From: a virus | Taxonomy: Duplodnaviria; Caudoviricetes | DNA: 64,000 nt | IMG/VR virus record: IMGVR_UViG_3300028886_000055 | Coordinates: 32,001 to 96,000 of that record | Reading direction: 5' to 3' (one strand) | Shown here: positions 37,172 through 51,664 of the stretch, piece after piece | How positions within the stretch are numbered: position 1 is the first letter of the stretch | How the letters are laid out: every line of letters begins with the position of its first letter | Notes under the pieces: generated by a model | Databases searched by the model: none | The model's input: only the letters and a program-made list of their open reading frames with translations | Told to the model about the DNA's origin: nothing | Made by a program: the position numbers and the translations under genes

Positions 37172-39732
37172 GAGCAAATATTATTTATTTGTGTTGTAGT
37201 CAAAGAATCTTCGGAAGTGCCTATCCAACCTGTACCATTCCACCAAACAGGTATATTTAAAGTAGTATCAAATGCAGACTAACCTTTTGTTAGAGGTCCT
37301 ATGCTTGCATTTAATGTACTTAAACCTTGTGTAGTATTAATTAGGTACTAAAGTATCCATCCTTGTGAAGTCTTAATTATAGGATAAGCAAGATTGTTTG
37401 ATACAGTAATCAACCCTATAGCACCTAATGATGCATTTGAAGGTAATTCACTAATTTTATTATAAACCTTAGTTCCGAGTATGTATGGACTTCCTAATCT
37501 AGTTATATCTTTACCTAAAGCACCCCCATCAGATGTAAATACTTGTTTATTATATCTTTTATTAAATTGACCTTCTATGCTAAATTTAAAGGTTTCCTTT
37601 GGACTAGAACTAATGTCTACGGTTTGTTTTAGATTAGAAAAAGTTAATGTTATACATTTTACTCTACGTCCTGAACTAATCTAATCATACGTCCCAGTAG
37701 TCGAATTAAATATATTAGGTCTAAAAAAGAATGGTAAAATTATATCCCAAAGTCCTGCTCCATTTTTCCTACTTAACTATGTATAACTACCGTTAAATAA
37801 TATTTCATGCCAACGGTGTCCATTTGTATCTATTTTTTCATATTCTAAATCTAATTTTAGATTTTCGAAATAAGTATATTTAACACCTTTTAAATGTATA
37901 GCTAAAAACTATAATTTTTTTTGGGAATTACTTGGAAATTGTATTTCCACTTTAAGTTCCCCACCATTAGTTGAAGTATCATTCCATTTGAATACCATTC
38001 CGTTTTTATCAAATGGACTCGTGTTAGGTACAACAATACTATCATTACCAGTCAGAGGTTTAAAATTATCACTATAATAAGTATTTATCGTATATCCATT
38101 TTCTACAGAATCTAAAGATAATAAATCATTATCAATAGTATGTATATAATCAAAGGTAGAATTATTAGCATTTGAAGCAGATAAAGCGTTTTTATCATAT
38201 TTACCAAAACTTCCAGCTGTAGCATAGTCTCCAGATGCGATTATTGCAGCAGCTGCTAATACATTTGTATCCCAATCAGTATTACTTTCAAATGTAGGTT
38301 CTTCATGATTAGCGGTTTCATCCCATATCCTATTTCTAGGAAATATTCTTTGTAAGCCACTATTATTATAAGGATCGTTTAATAATGGTAATATTCTATT
38401 ACCAAAACTTATATTTTTGCTAGGTTTTATATTTAATATATTTATATTATCAATATCCCAAATAAAAGGATTAAGATAGCATCCTTCTAAATCACCCTAA
38501 ATAACAGCCTCTGAGAAACCTTTTTGACTATTGATTTGTCTTGTTTGTATTATCGGAGTAATACTTCCACCTCCGAATGCCTAAGATGGTGCATAAATAT
38601 ATCTAAGACAATTGTCAAAATATCCACTTAAATCAAGGCTTGTTACATTAGCTCTAACATCATCATAATCACAGCAAAAACCGTGTCCAAATCCATATAC
38701 CTTACAATCAATTTTACCTAAAAAGAATGTACCCCTAGTACCAATAAGACCACGTTCATCATCCTTTTTCCACATAGTCTCAGGTTCACTAGTATTTTCT
38801 TTTATACGTATACCATAACCTTTATATCCATTGTTAATTTCCTATTTTGTAGGTACATGCAATTCATAATATCCGGTTTTATTCCAATTGTTTGGATTTG
38901 TACTATGTACTCCTCCAATCACACCGTTTAATGATGTATGTAATCTAATATCAGATCTACTTCTAGGACAAAGTAATATTGCAGCTTTATTATATTCCGG
39001 GCATCTTACTATATTGAACATGCCTCCATCGATTACAGTAGTATAATTAGCACCAGTAGTGTTTGGACTATACTCAAATGTAAATTTATCACTTAATATA
39101 TAAAGCATTAATAGATTTTCATTCTAATCTGTCCAAATTACTGTAGTACTACCATAACGAAAAACTTTATAATATCCTCCTTCACCTGCTAACTTTAAAA
39201 CTTTAGCTCTATCCATATATAATAAAGCACGATCATGATTAGGTCTATCAACAGCATCCGCTACATAATACATTCCTGGTAAAAAATGTATTTCATAGAA
39301 AGGAGAATCTAAAGCTGCCTAAATAGCAGCACGAGAATTTGTAAAGTTGTGCTCTTCTAAATCAGAACCTGTATCTTTAACTTCAGCTACAGCTCCCCAC
39401 CATTCTGGATAAGCAACATCATTAATGAATGTACCTTCCATTATAATATTTTCATCAAATATTTGAATAGGTCTAGCTTGTATAAAAGTTCGATTACCTC
39501 TTAAAACTCCTGATAATTTACCGTTACAAAAAAATAAAGTACAATTTGCAGGCATTGTAAAGTCGTCTTCTATCTCAAAATCATTATAAATTACATAATT
39601 CATATTCTCTTCTGTAACCTATTCTGAAAATAGAATGTTTTTACGCAAGACTCTATAATTTTCGCTTTTTACTAAGTTCTCATATTTCTCAGAAGTTTTA
39701 TCCCATAAATTTATTAATTCTTGTTGTGTCAT
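37168..39732 (-). CDS. Tail spike, probable beta-helix receptor-binding/depolymerase (854 aa)
   Basis: MTQQELINLWDKTSEKY...; AYPEWWGAV, AAI[Q]AALD...FLPGMY; C-terminal FDTTLNIPVWWNGTGW. Three track fragments are in frame. Confidence 0.75.
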
Positions 39733-39980
39733 GTACAAATCCTATTAAAATCTTCACGAGTTAATACACTCCCTTCTATCTATATATTGTCAATTCTTGT
39801 GTTGACATTATTAATCTAGTTTGTAATATTATTAAGTTCATTTCTAATATCAGGTGGAACCGCTGATGATGAACCCTGAAATTTGTTCTTAAGTATCTAT
39901 AACTCTTCTTTAATAAAAGCAATGTCTATTGTATTGCGAGTTATTTGTACAAAGCTTCGAAATATATTTTTAAAGCTCAT
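39729..39980 (-). CDS. Small coiled-coil tail adaptor-like protein (83 aa)
   Basis: MSFKNIFRSFV...VLTREDFNRICT*; ATGA-coupled to the next gene. Confidence 0.6.
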
Positions 39981-40082
39981 TGTTAGTATTTTATAAAGTT
40001 AAGATCATATATCCTATTTTTAAACCAATAGTATTAACTATAATTTGAGTTAAACTATTAAATAGGTCTTTAAGATTAATAA

Positions 40083-41672
40083 TTAATGATTAGGATTTAT
40101 GTGAATAATCGGTTCATTATCTATATCAGAACACTGTGGCTATGCACTGCCTGTAGTACATTTTTGCCCTGTATTTAGACTTATTGTATACAAATTAAAC
40201 AATGTTTCTTCACCATCCTATTTAAATTCTGCCTAATATATCGTTTTGTCCCATACAACAGATCCTGTAATTAAGTCCCCATATGCAATATTTAACGGAA
40301 TGTAGATATTTGAAATATTAGTATATGGATTAGTGATTACTAATTGTGGCTATAATCCAACACTAATCAGAAAATACAAATCTCGAATATCCGCTGATTC
40401 TAGAACATTTACAATTTGCGGAATTATATCGACATACTTATAAGCATTCGTAGAATTAAATAAAACAAAACACTTATGTGTATTATCGTAATAAATACTA
40501 TTATTTCGTAAATTTATCTCATTTAAATTTTTATTAGAATCACTATAATAAACCTAATCTATATATAAATCCCGCTTATCTAACAGTTCATTTATTATAG
40601 CATTTACAATTGCTATATCTACTTCATCTACATTATGATAGTTACATCTTTCTTTTAATTTTTCCATCATAAATGTTTCTATAAGAATTGGAAAATAATA
40701 AATTTCAGATTCACTAGTCTGATCTGTTATATGCTGATACTAATTTAAATCATCAAAATACTTATGGTAACCTTCAGTAATTTCGATTCTAACGTATTTT
40801 CCTACATTATCTAATAAATCATTAACAGAACTCGTCATACCAGTTGATATACGATTTCCGTTTGCATCGCATTCCTTTCCATCCATAATACCAATTACAA
40901 ACAAAAGATCTACAACATCTGATTTTAAATAGTTGTATTTTTTTGTAAAACCGTATTCATAATTAGTATGATACTTTGCATATAAAGTATTTTTAGACAA
41001 AGAATTTGGTAATTGTTCAACGAAATTAATACCTTTTGTCTATATATTTATTGGAATGCTTATAGTTTCATCTTGACTTGGAACTAAACTTTCTTCAAAT
41101 TCTAAACGTAGGTTAATATTTTCTCCACCACCGATATTGCCTAAGTCAACGATTCCGTTAACTGCATTATGAGCTATGCCATTAATTTTTACTGTTTTTG
41201 CATACTCACTTAAAATACCATTTAGTTCTTCACGAGATATACCTTGACCAATACTCTCAAGTAGTTCATCTAAATGATCTTTCCAATCAGCAAATAATCT
41301 TTCAAATAAAGTACTTAATCCATCAAAATCTATATTATTAAAATATTCAGTAATTAGACCATTTATATAAGTTTCTAATTCAGAAAAGTCAGTTAAATGT
41401 GTTTTAAGATAGTTGGTAACTTTTTCAATTAATGCTTGCTAAGCATCATCATTAGTAATATAATTTAAATTTTCTAAATCATTACGAATCTAGTTTAAGA
41501 CGTGTTCTACAGTTTCTTCACTGTCACAACTCATAAGAACAGCAGATGCCAATGTTATATAATATACAACTCTATTCGTGCATTCGTCTACTGGCATTTT
41601 GTAAACAAAGTCACAAGGATTTGGTTTGCACTAAGTTGTTATTTCTGTTTCTTTACAATTACAATTTTTCAT
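40083..41672 (-). CDS. Putative tail/structural protein (529 aa)
   Basis: MKNCNCKETE...; VKINGIAHNAVNGIVDLG fibre-like motif; includes track ORF 40740-41000. Confidence 0.65.
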
Positions 41673-41679
41673 AGTTTAT

Positions 41680-44013
41680 TTATGGATTTATTTGTGCTTC
41701 TTGAACTTTAATGTCACTTAAATTTTGTGCAGCAGTTGTTGCAGCAACATTATATTTTTCTCCTTCAAATGTTAATTGATAATTTTTCCCAGATATGTTA
41801 TAGACAACACCCTCAGTAACTTCACCTAACACATTGCGATCTGCCAAACCAACTATGATTCCACTAGATAATGCTGAAGCTTTCGTTTTAGGTATTGATT
41901 TAGTTACAGTATATTGTCTATATATTGCAATTTTAACTGATTCGGATGGAATATTGTCAAATATATCTTGTAGTTTTATAGACGAGCCTAAATCCGCACA
42001 ACGCCATGGATAACCATTTTCCCACTATATAGCGTTTCCATCTTCCCCATTAAAACTATAATCATAAGAATTTAATGTTTCAGAAGTATCTCCACGTAGA
42101 GATTTCGTTGCTTTTACTTTTATTGTATTTCCTTCTAATTTTTGCCATGGATAATAAATAGTAAGCATCGATTCTGAATTTGGATCAACAACCTAAGCTG
42201 CTGCAGATCTAAATTTTTTATACTATAAGCTATTACCTCGTGTAGTTAAACATACATAGTAAACATCTTTCCAATCTGGAGCGTTATCTTCGTCTTTAGG
42301 TTCCCAATTATTATTTAAACTGCTTGTAACAACATCAGTTGTTATTTCAGCATAATTCATACTACTAGAAGATATTAATATAGGTTTAGAATATTTTATT
42401 TCTTCGAAAGGTGTATCTGGGTCTTCAGGACTAATTTCACTTTTTTCTAAATCTAGTTTAGTTACACGCCAATTTGTATTAGTTTTAATTAGCAAATACG
42501 TTGAATAAGTATTTAAAGTTAAAGCTTGACTTATAATAGTCTATTCTCCATTAACTATATATTGGAGATTACAATCTTGAGGTTGTAAAACAGTTGCTGT
42601 ATCCTAAGTAACTACAATTATTATCTTATGATATGGTTCGTTTTTAAGAACTATTTCAGCTTCATTTTCAAAGTAGCTACCTTCATTCAATAATAACGTT
42701 GAAAGCATCGCATCGCCGTTAATTTCTGCATTTTGTGCAGTTATTTTTCCAGTAAGTGTAATATCTTCAGCATGGATAGAATCAGCAATAGTTTTGCCTT
42801 TTAAAATAATGTGATCAGAAGTAATAGCCGTAGTGCTATCATTTTCGCCTAACGCTTGTATAAAAGAAGCCCCGTTTTCTCCTTTTACTAAAACTAAAGA
42901 ATTTTGTGCTTCTAGAGTATTCATTACTAACCCAGAAATAACACCAGTTTCTTCATTTTTAAGAGCTGTAATTACAGAATTTGGATCTATGTTTGTTATT
43001 ACAGTATTGTTGTCATCAGTAACTACAACTCTCCAATTTTTCAATGCATTTACATCATTCTTTGCTTGATCTAATGCAGTTCTTATAGAACTTAATGCAG
43101 AATTCTACCAATTCTAAATAACCTCTTTCCAATTATAGATATTGAAATCATCAGATACTGTATCAGTCCAAGGAACTTTTACATAAGCTCTACCTGCACC
43201 ATCGACATTAACAGGATAATTTCTAGCAGTTTCATCTGTAGAATATCCAGTTTTAATACCACCTAATATATTATCACTGGCAATTTGTAGTGTATATTCT
43301 TGATTTTGTCTAGGAATTTCAACACTATCTTCAAGAATTCCGTTTTTAATTAAACTTAATGTTGAACCTGTATAATCTAAATGGATACGGTTTTCAGACT
43401 TTGTTACAAACTATGAAAAATCAGGTAGAGAATCTTTGGTTACATAATGCTCTACTAAATTATTATTTATTTGAGTAATAATATTTTCTAACTCTGTAAT
43501 ACTATCTGGTTTCTATAGCTTAAGGATTAAATTCCAAACATTAGTATCACATACTTGTTCAAAATAAGCTTCTTCGTCTGAACATTTATTTATCCAAGTA
43601 AGTTTAACTATACCTAATGTTGGTGATACACCAGGATCACCTTTGTCTCCTTTAAGACCTTGTGGACCTATATCGCCATCACGGCCATCTTTACCAGGCT
43701 TACCTTGAGGACCAATAGGAGCGCAATAAAATTCACGAGTAAATAATTCGTGACCTTTTCTGTATTTGAAAATAACTTTAGTAAGAATTTCACCATTATT
43801 ATTTTCAGTTACGTATTCAATACCTTCGAGTTCTTGAATACCTAAATTGTATCTAGCAGCTTCTTTTTCCCAATTATGAACAAGCTCTGAAAAATAGTTA
43901 TCTACTTTAAAACATTGTGGTGTTGCACAATTATTCTTAATATCTATCTTCTTATTACAAGAACAATCTTTTTTAGATTGCTAATTTAAATTTATTTTTT
44001 CGTATTCTATCAT
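41680..44013 (-). CDS. Tail fibre protein with a short collagen-like segment (777 aa)
   Basis: DNYFSEL...[36 protein letters not shown] (~43631-43717), LGGIKTGY...NYPV; track ORFs 42604 and 42223 are in frame. Confidence 0.75.
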
Positions 44014-44153
44014 AGTTATAATTTAATAGAACTTATAAACTATTATCTAATTCAATTTTAAGTATCTTATTCATAGTATCCTAATAGCAAAAATCCTAGT
44101 ATCCATTATTTAATAACTTGCAATAATGTTTAACTTCTGCTATTACCTACTAT

Positions 44154-45047
44154 TTAAGAGCATCCACAGTCTGACTGTTTTTTATTTGAAGTTTCATTAT
44201 TGCAAATCCCATTGCAGGTGCTTATACAATTAAGTAGTTTATTAGCGGTTACATAATCGTTACATTCTAAAGCGTACTTAATTGCATTAATCACCATCCA
44301 TAAATAATCACGAATCTAGATTTGAGTTTGGTCTACATTGCTTTTACACTTCGTTTCATTAAGTGAAGAATTATTACATATATTATAACTATTATTAGAA
44401 CATCCTTTATACTAATCGAACAAATCACTAGCTTTATTTATAAAGCATTTATAAAGGTTACAATATTGAAAGTAATCTTCTTCAATAACTTTAATATTAG
44501 TGCCATAGAGATAACCATCAACGATGTCTCTTGAATTTATTTCATCAAGTAAATCATTAATATCGGTAATCTCCATCCAGTAATATAAACCTGAGCTTCT
44601 ATATGGAGATGGATTAGGTTTTCTGCCTGTAAAACTGAATAATGTACGTGATTTTTCATCAGCAGCTACAATTATTTCAAGTTCATTAGAAATTAGATTT
44701 TCAGGATCATCTTTATGTTTTTCCTAATATTCTAAATCATCAAATCCATCTTCCATACCTAATTTCTTAACAAGATATTGTTTTGTAGGAACTATAAACG
44801 ATAGTACTTTATATCTACCATCAGCTAAGGTTAAATCATAAACCTCACGTTGCTATTTTCCATTAATAATGTGTACAGCTGAATGTTTATCTACAAGAGT
44901 TTCAGTACCATCTACATCAATTTTATAAATTAATGTAAATACACCAGAATCTTCCCAAGTAGGATTGTATAAAGTACTATTTTCAGGATAGTTTGTAATT
45001 GGCATTACTTGAACGCTACAATCACATTTCTACTCAACTATTCTCAT
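44154..45047 (-). CDS. Structural protein with a Cys-rich C-terminus (tail hub/Ig-like; 297 aa)
   Basis: Open with TAG=Gln; ends ...CISTCNGIC...DCGCS*; downstream of the portal. Confidence 0.6.
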
Positions 45048-45348
45048 CTTTATTATAATCTAAGTTTTTAAAATACTTAACAATTGGCTTAAATACGGTA
45101 TCCCAACTTACTAAACTAGCAATAAAACTATATAATATCACATTTGAGTACTATCCATTATAACATATTATTCCACCTAAAAGCAATCCACATATCACAG
45201 CTATTATACGTTTTACTGCTGTTGAAACACCTTTATTTGGGCCGTTAAGCTAATCTATAGTTTTTATAACTAGGTATGTTAATATGTTAACAGTTAACAT
45301 ATAACCGAAGTCAAAACTACCAAGAAGTAAGTCAATTATTTTTTCCAT
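45034..45348 (-). CDS. Holin-like membrane protein (104 aa)
   Basis: Three hydrophobic segments and a charged C-terminus; two internal TAGs. Confidence 0.55.
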
Positions 45349-47543
45349 CATGTAAATCTAACTGTATCATTATAAGGATTACCATCATAAAGCTGATTAA
45401 GTTCGATTTTAACTTTCTATTTATCAATTTCAGTTTGTCCTTCTTTATAGGTTCTATCAGTCTAAGCTTGATACCATCTGATTTCTTTATCGGTTTCAAG
45501 TTTAGCCTATTCTAGTTGTAACTTCTATTCGTTAAGTTGCTCTAGTTTTTGAGACATTTGCTAGTTCTGCTATTGAAGTTGCTACATCTATTGTTGAGCC
45601 TATTCAAGTTGTTGTTGAAGTTGATTAATCTAGTCTAATTCAGCTTTCTTTTTAGCCCATCCTTTTTTCATCATTTGCTTTAATTCAGTCATACTACGAC
45701 AAGAAATAGCTTCAGCAGCCATATCTGGCTCTAGCATATTAGCCTATATCATCTATATGACTGTCTATCTCAACTACTCTAAATCTTTAAGAATTTGAGT
45801 TGAAGATATAATATGTATATCATAATCTGTAACTGTAAAATATTCTGGAAGAATTGTAAATACTTTCTACAAATGATCTCCAAGAATAATAGAACCAGTT
45901 AAACCATTTTTCCATACAATTTTAGCCATATCAACACAATCAATCAATATATCAGTAACTAAAGTATCCATTTGTTGATAAAATGGCTTTGTGATTGTAA
46001 ATGAATTTTTAGCTCCGGCTTCTATATTACTTACAGCATCACGCTATGTAATTCCATTTAACCTTTCTCTAAATACACCTGTAATTGAAGTTACCTGATT
46101 TTCAATACGTTCAAGAACTATTTCAAATGCTTGAATAGCTTGAACTTTTGTAGCATCATCAAATCCAGACATAAATGTATTGTTATTAAATCCTCTACCT
46201 TCTTGTGAAGAATCAATAAGAGCTGTACCACCTTTTTTATATGCTAACCATTTCTAGATACGTTCTGTCATATCTGAACCTAAAAATGCAGGAAGCATTG
46301 AAACATCAAGCCAATCTCCAATTGTACCGCTGTTAGCAAGAAGATTATCACGTAAGAAAATAGTTACATCATAACGATCTTGTAAAGTTGTACATTGTAA
46401 AACAAGGCTAGTTGGTAAATTATCACGATTCATCATAAATATACCACCTACTGATAGTTTACAATGTCTTGGAGCATCTTGTGTTCTTATAATATTCTAA
46501 GATAATCCAGTAGGAATATATATAGAGTTACCTATACGTACACCCTCATATCGATTTTGGATATATTTACCTCCCTATTTATCTACGTCAATCCACTCAA
46601 CTTCAAATACAGGAAGTAGTTTATACATATAAGTTTCGTATCCGTCAATTGGAAATCCAGGCACCACTCGTTTACCATTATCTAAATCTCCTTCCATTGG
46701 AGCATGAAGTAATGAATTATTATGTGCAGTAACATACATAAAATTACCATCTTCATAATGATTATGCATATCATCAAGTTCAGATATTGCATCACGAGTC
46801 ATTCTATCTCCATATTCTGCAAGAATTTGTTCTCGGGTCATCCATTTACGAATAACTACACGATAACTATCTTTAACATACGGAGAATCTGGATTTCTAT
46901 CTACAAACGTATTTAAAGGGTTAAGACATTCAATAACCAAATTAGTACCTTCGGGAGAAGGTTTAGTACGATAAAAAGCACATCCAGCTATTAACAAGTC
47001 TTGGAGTAATATTCTTTTTTTATTTGAAAGATCGGTTACTCTAGATTGAGATACATAATCTATAACATTTTGTGCTGCTATTTCGTACTCACTTATAAAA
47101 TTGTTATCAATGTCTTCGATAAGTTTATTTATTTGCTAATCAATAGCTGGATCTTTTAAATCCTTTCCATTTACAAAATCAAGAATCTATTTATTTAAAT
47201 CTTGTTTATATAAATTAAAAAGTTGTCGTTTTATCTCAAGTAGTTTATCTCTATTTATGTTAGTTAGAGTCTATTCATCTTTACAAGAAACTTTAGCAAT
47301 TGTTGGTACATCCAAATATTCGCCAAGTAATGCATCTACATGCTTTTTAATTAACGGTGTAAACTCAACTTGTGTTGGATTACCTATACCAAAATTTTCT
47401 TCAAGATACCTAAACTATTCAGAATCTCGTCTACCGTTATAGTAATTATAAGCTTTCTATAATTTAAATTTATGATGGACAAGTTCATTAATAGCTTTGT
47501 CTACTTGTTCTATTACATATTCTTTACCCCTCGCAGCAGCCAC
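45348..47543 (-). CDS. Portal protein (731 aa)
   Basis: GTG start; KAYNYYNG...FTPLIKKHVDALLGE and ITGVFRERLNG motifs; track fragments 46575 and 46254 are in frame; follows the terminase. Confidence 0.85.
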
Positions 47544-47802
47544 GTGTAAAATATAATTTTTTTAATTCCGAAAATTCTATACTGTCCCAATGAATCTTTC
47601 GTAATTCTTTACATATAAAATTAAGAAACTATTCTGCGTTTCCATCAAACGCACATTCATAAGGAATATCATTATGCCCAAAACCTAACTGTAATTTATA
47701 ACCAGATTTAAGTTTAATTACTTTGATCATTCCAGTATATTCTTTTTCATAAACGTTTTTAATAATATCCAAGACTGCTGATTCTAAGTCTTTCGTATCC
47801 AT
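47524..47802 (-). CDS. Hypothetical protein between terminase and portal (92 aa)
   Basis: MDTKDLESAVLDII...RGCCEG*; one TAG. Confidence 0.6.
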
Positions 47803-50041
47803 AATATGAATCAACATCTATTATATTTGTGTCTATTGTAGCATTAACTTCAGTTGTAGGAGCTTTAGGAATTCTACCTTTGTGAATAATTCCACGTTCA
47901 TCTTTCCAATAGCCAAAGTCTTCAAATTTATCTTGTTGCGAATCTATTTTTGGCTAAACAAACATTAATTCTTCATTAGCAAGAAATGCCATTTGCATAG
48001 CAGCTACAATATCAAATTTTCTTTTATTTTCATAAGAATATCTTGACAATTCATCAAGGATTTCTCTAAACCAAATTTCACCACAATATTCATCAATATA
48101 ATCAGAGATCATATCAAGTCCATGTTTAATTGTAGTTTCGTTGGCTGGAGCACCAAATTGTCGACTTTTACCGTTCTATATATCGGATTGACAGGCTCTA
48201 GGTCTTCGCATTAAATAACGATTTTCACATTTTTTACTTCTAAAGAATTGAAGTAAAGATATACGAGTAGATTCAAGGCAAGCTTTCGCATTATACCATT
48301 GTAATAATCTCAGACACATTACATGTGCATCCCTAACTTTTTGTGGCCTATCTTTATAATAAGCTACAATTTGAGGAGGATGCATACCATAAGCACGTCT
48401 AAGTATTACTACACAGAAATCAGATGGATCTTTATAACTAGCAGATGTATCTTCCTAACCTAAATCAATACCGTCAATTCCAGCAACATATAAATTAACT
48501 GGAACTTGTTTATCATCATCTATTTTAGGAGCTTCTAACACATGAACTTTTCCACCTTGTTGTGATACAAATTTCACACCTTCGATCATTTCATCAGTAA
48601 CAACATTATCTTTAAATATGTATTCCAAAGTTCCATGCTAGATTGTAGGTACATCTTTACCATTCATAAGTATCCTAGCCATCTATTCTGCAATAAGTGC
48701 TTGGTCGAATTGGTTTTCACCTTCAAGAGCAAATGCTTCTTCTGCTGTAAAACAGTGTTCAGCACATTCGCGTTTATACTCTTTTGGCATACTTAATAGA
48801 TTGTTTCGAGTTAGATTTCTAAACTTTTTAACTTCCTCTCTATCAACTACACCTCTGTCATCAATAAATCGTATATATTTACCTTCTTCTGATTCATATC
48901 CATCTTTTAAAATAAAGTCAGCTGCAGATACAAAAAATCCTGATAATTTGTATTCACCACTATCAAAATTATTATGTCTGTATGGAAGTATATTAAAAGC
49001 AATTGGATTATAAAACATATCTCTTAACTAATCCACTGATTTCATATCACCTCCGGTACCAAATACAATTCTTGTACCTATCTTATTACCTCCAACTTCT
49101 ACAAGAGCATTACCTTTAATATAAGTTTCTTTTAAAATAGGATTTGAACCTGCTTCTTCGTATAAGAGTAGATCAATACGATCACCACGAAGTTTACTAG
49201 ACTAATCTATGACTAATCCTTCTATATCAGAATTCCAGGAGTTTGGTAATTCTTCACGCTATTTATTTATTTTTGATGCCTTTTTATGATAAGCAGTATT
49301 CATTTTCTAACGAACGTGTCTCATACCGCCTTCTGTATCAGCATTTAAAAAGTCTAACTATAGCCAAGCTTTTTTTAATGAGTCAGATACGAATTTGTCA
49401 GTTGCAGCAATTATAACATTGTGAGTATTACGTCTAGTACTGTAATTATTAACTAATAAACTAGCTCCAATTTCTGACCAGCCAATACCACGACTTTTAA
49501 CTGTTAAAACATCATGTTTTAATATCTAACCCATCTCTATATAATGAAAATATTCGTATTGCTTATCAACAAAAGCTGGAAATATTAAACCTCTACCCTA
49601 GCCTGCTTTTTTAACATCAGTTTCGGGTAGTCTATAATAATTTAAAAAGAAATAGTGATCTCCAGTAATTCTATAACCATTAACACTCATACCGTTATTA
49701 CATCGATCATATTCCTTTTTCCAAAAATCCATATAAGCTTTAGTTCCCTATGGGTATGAACAATATTTACCTGTCTGTAATTTAACTTCTCTAGCTTCTG
49801 TAAACCATTCTGGTTTAAAGTCTAAACCCTTAGTTTTAGTTAACGGTCTGTAACCAGTTAATTCATAAGATAAATCAGAATCAAAATAATCAATTTTATC
49901 GTTTAATTTAACGTCCCAAGTCATTACGTCTTTATTAAATAAAGACTCTCTTAAAGCTTGTATATTATTATCAAGTGCTTGCTACTAGAGTTTATCCTAA
50001 TTTATTTTTAAAGTAGGATTCTATTTCTTTTTACGAGGCAT
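47759..50041 (-). CDS. terL: Terminase large subunit (760 aa)
   Basis: ITGDHYFFLNY, Walker A KSRGIGWS, LRGDR, Walker B LLYEEAG, GTGG, nuclease YVAGIDGID and KFDIVAAM. Confidence 0.92.
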
Positions 50042-50379
50042 TATTTTCTTTTAGGTTTTACATCAGGTTTCCACGTAGGTCTTTGATTTTCATTAGTTGG
50101 AGTATCCTACTCTTTAGTATATTTTCTATTACCTCTACTATCAAAACGTTCAGGATGATTCTTTTTTTCTTCTTGAAGCTTTTTTGCTTGTTTTTCCTGT
50201 TCTTGTTTTAATTTATAATTCTATTGAAATTGTTTAAACTTATTACCTTGTTGTAACTTAGCTCCACCACAATCTTTTTTCATTTTAGCTTTACCCCCGC
50301 ATTTGTATTGTTGTAAATCACTGTCTGTAATACCTGCAATCTATGAGGCAAAATCATACATTTCTTCGTTTGAAATCAT
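50041..50379 (-). CDS. Small basic protein with xxGG motifs (112 aa)
   Basis: MISNEEMYDFAS[Q]...YKCGGKAKMKKDCGGAKLQQG. Confidence 0.6.
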
Positions 50380-50390
50380 AATTATAAATA

Positions 50391-50969
50391 TTAATCAAAA
50401 GCGCCGATTTCTACATCACCCATAAGACCATTACTGTCTTGTTCAAGCTCTTTCTTATATAGAATCTCAAGTGCTTTAAGTTGTTCTATTACATCTGAAA
50501 CACCTTTCATTTCGGCCATTACATCTTTAACTTTAAATACTGGTTTTCCATTTGGATCACGTTCATCTAAATCAATAATGGTATCGAAATAATCGGTAAT
50601 TTTATCTACTGTACCTTTAGCAGCATTTATAAGCCTAAGTATTCTAGAGGAATTCTGAAGTTCTCGATATTTACGACAAGCTGCTCTAAATTCTGGATTA
50701 TTCCATTCTTCTTCTGTTAGATGTGCATCCTCTATACAAGCCTAGTGTCTTTCTTGTTCATCATAGTCTGAATAGGGACTGGCCCAATCTAACATTAACC
50801 ATATATAAGTTAGTTCTCTATATGCTCTTAGACGTTTTCCTCCAGTTTTATCCTCTTTACATTCATTTCTCTTCTTATCCCATAACGCTGCAAATTCTTT
50901 TATTATAAGAACTTCAGGTTCATTAATAGTTATTTCATTAGTCGCATTATCAAAGAGGAAAAATTTCAT
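50391..50969 (-). CDS. Conserved crAss-like protein upstream of terL, candidate terminase small subunit (192 aa)
   Basis: Track ORF 50742-50969 extended through TAG; DWASPY...ERDPNGKPVFK...LMGDVEIGAFD*. Confidence 0.65.
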
Positions 50970-50971
50970 AA

Positions 50972-51664
50972 TTAGTGTCTAAAGAAAGGAATACTTATAA
51001 TATTTGCAGTTTTTACAGCTCTATCTTTTGGTTGTACTTGATTGTATGCTCTATCAAAAGCAGGTTTTGTTGATCTAAAACTTACAACAGGTTTTTCCAT
51101 ATTAGGTCCCCAATAATTATATATAGTATCGTTACCATTAGGAGTTACATCAATATTTCTTTCGTAAACTCTTCCGTCACCATATTTTACATAATCTATC
51201 TAGTTAGAATATCCTGGAGATTTTTTGTATTTACTAATAATAGTGGTTGATTTAGGATTATTTTTTCCACTTTGCATTTTATTTATACCTCCATCTTTAA
51301 AATAAGTAGTTACATGGAATACGCCCTTAGTAGGATCTAGTTTTTTACCTTTTTCACATTTCTTGCACTTACCGCCTTTCTTCATATAACCTTCAGGACA
51401 AGTGTTATTAAGGGCTTTAATTCTATTTAATTTAGCTCCTTTTTCTGCTTTCTACGTTTGCTTCTATTTTATTACTTCTGCCATAGTTTGTGCTACAGCT
51501 TCTGGTCCCTACTCAGCTACTTGTACACAAGCTTGAATACCATCATCACCTAACATCTAAAGAACTTGCTAAAATCCTTCTTTACTAGGTTGCTATTTCA
51601 TAGCTTTTGATAGCAATTGATATCCTTGAGCAAGAACACTCATTATTTTCTCTTGATCGTTCAT
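50972..51664 (-). CDS. Hypothetical protein with multiple xxGG/xxGA motifs (230 aa)
   Basis: MNDQEKIMSVLAQG...AEKGAKL...CPEGYMKKGGKCKKC...FKDGG. Confidence 0.65.

Noticed and set aside
44033-44167. Possible 44-aa GTG-start gene with four TAGs
   Set aside because: It fills the gap plausibly but is too short and featureless to support.
45348-50041. Introns or inteins in terminase or portal
   Set aside because: Both read as continuous frames of ordinary length (760 and 731 aa), and I saw no group I core or intein motifs.
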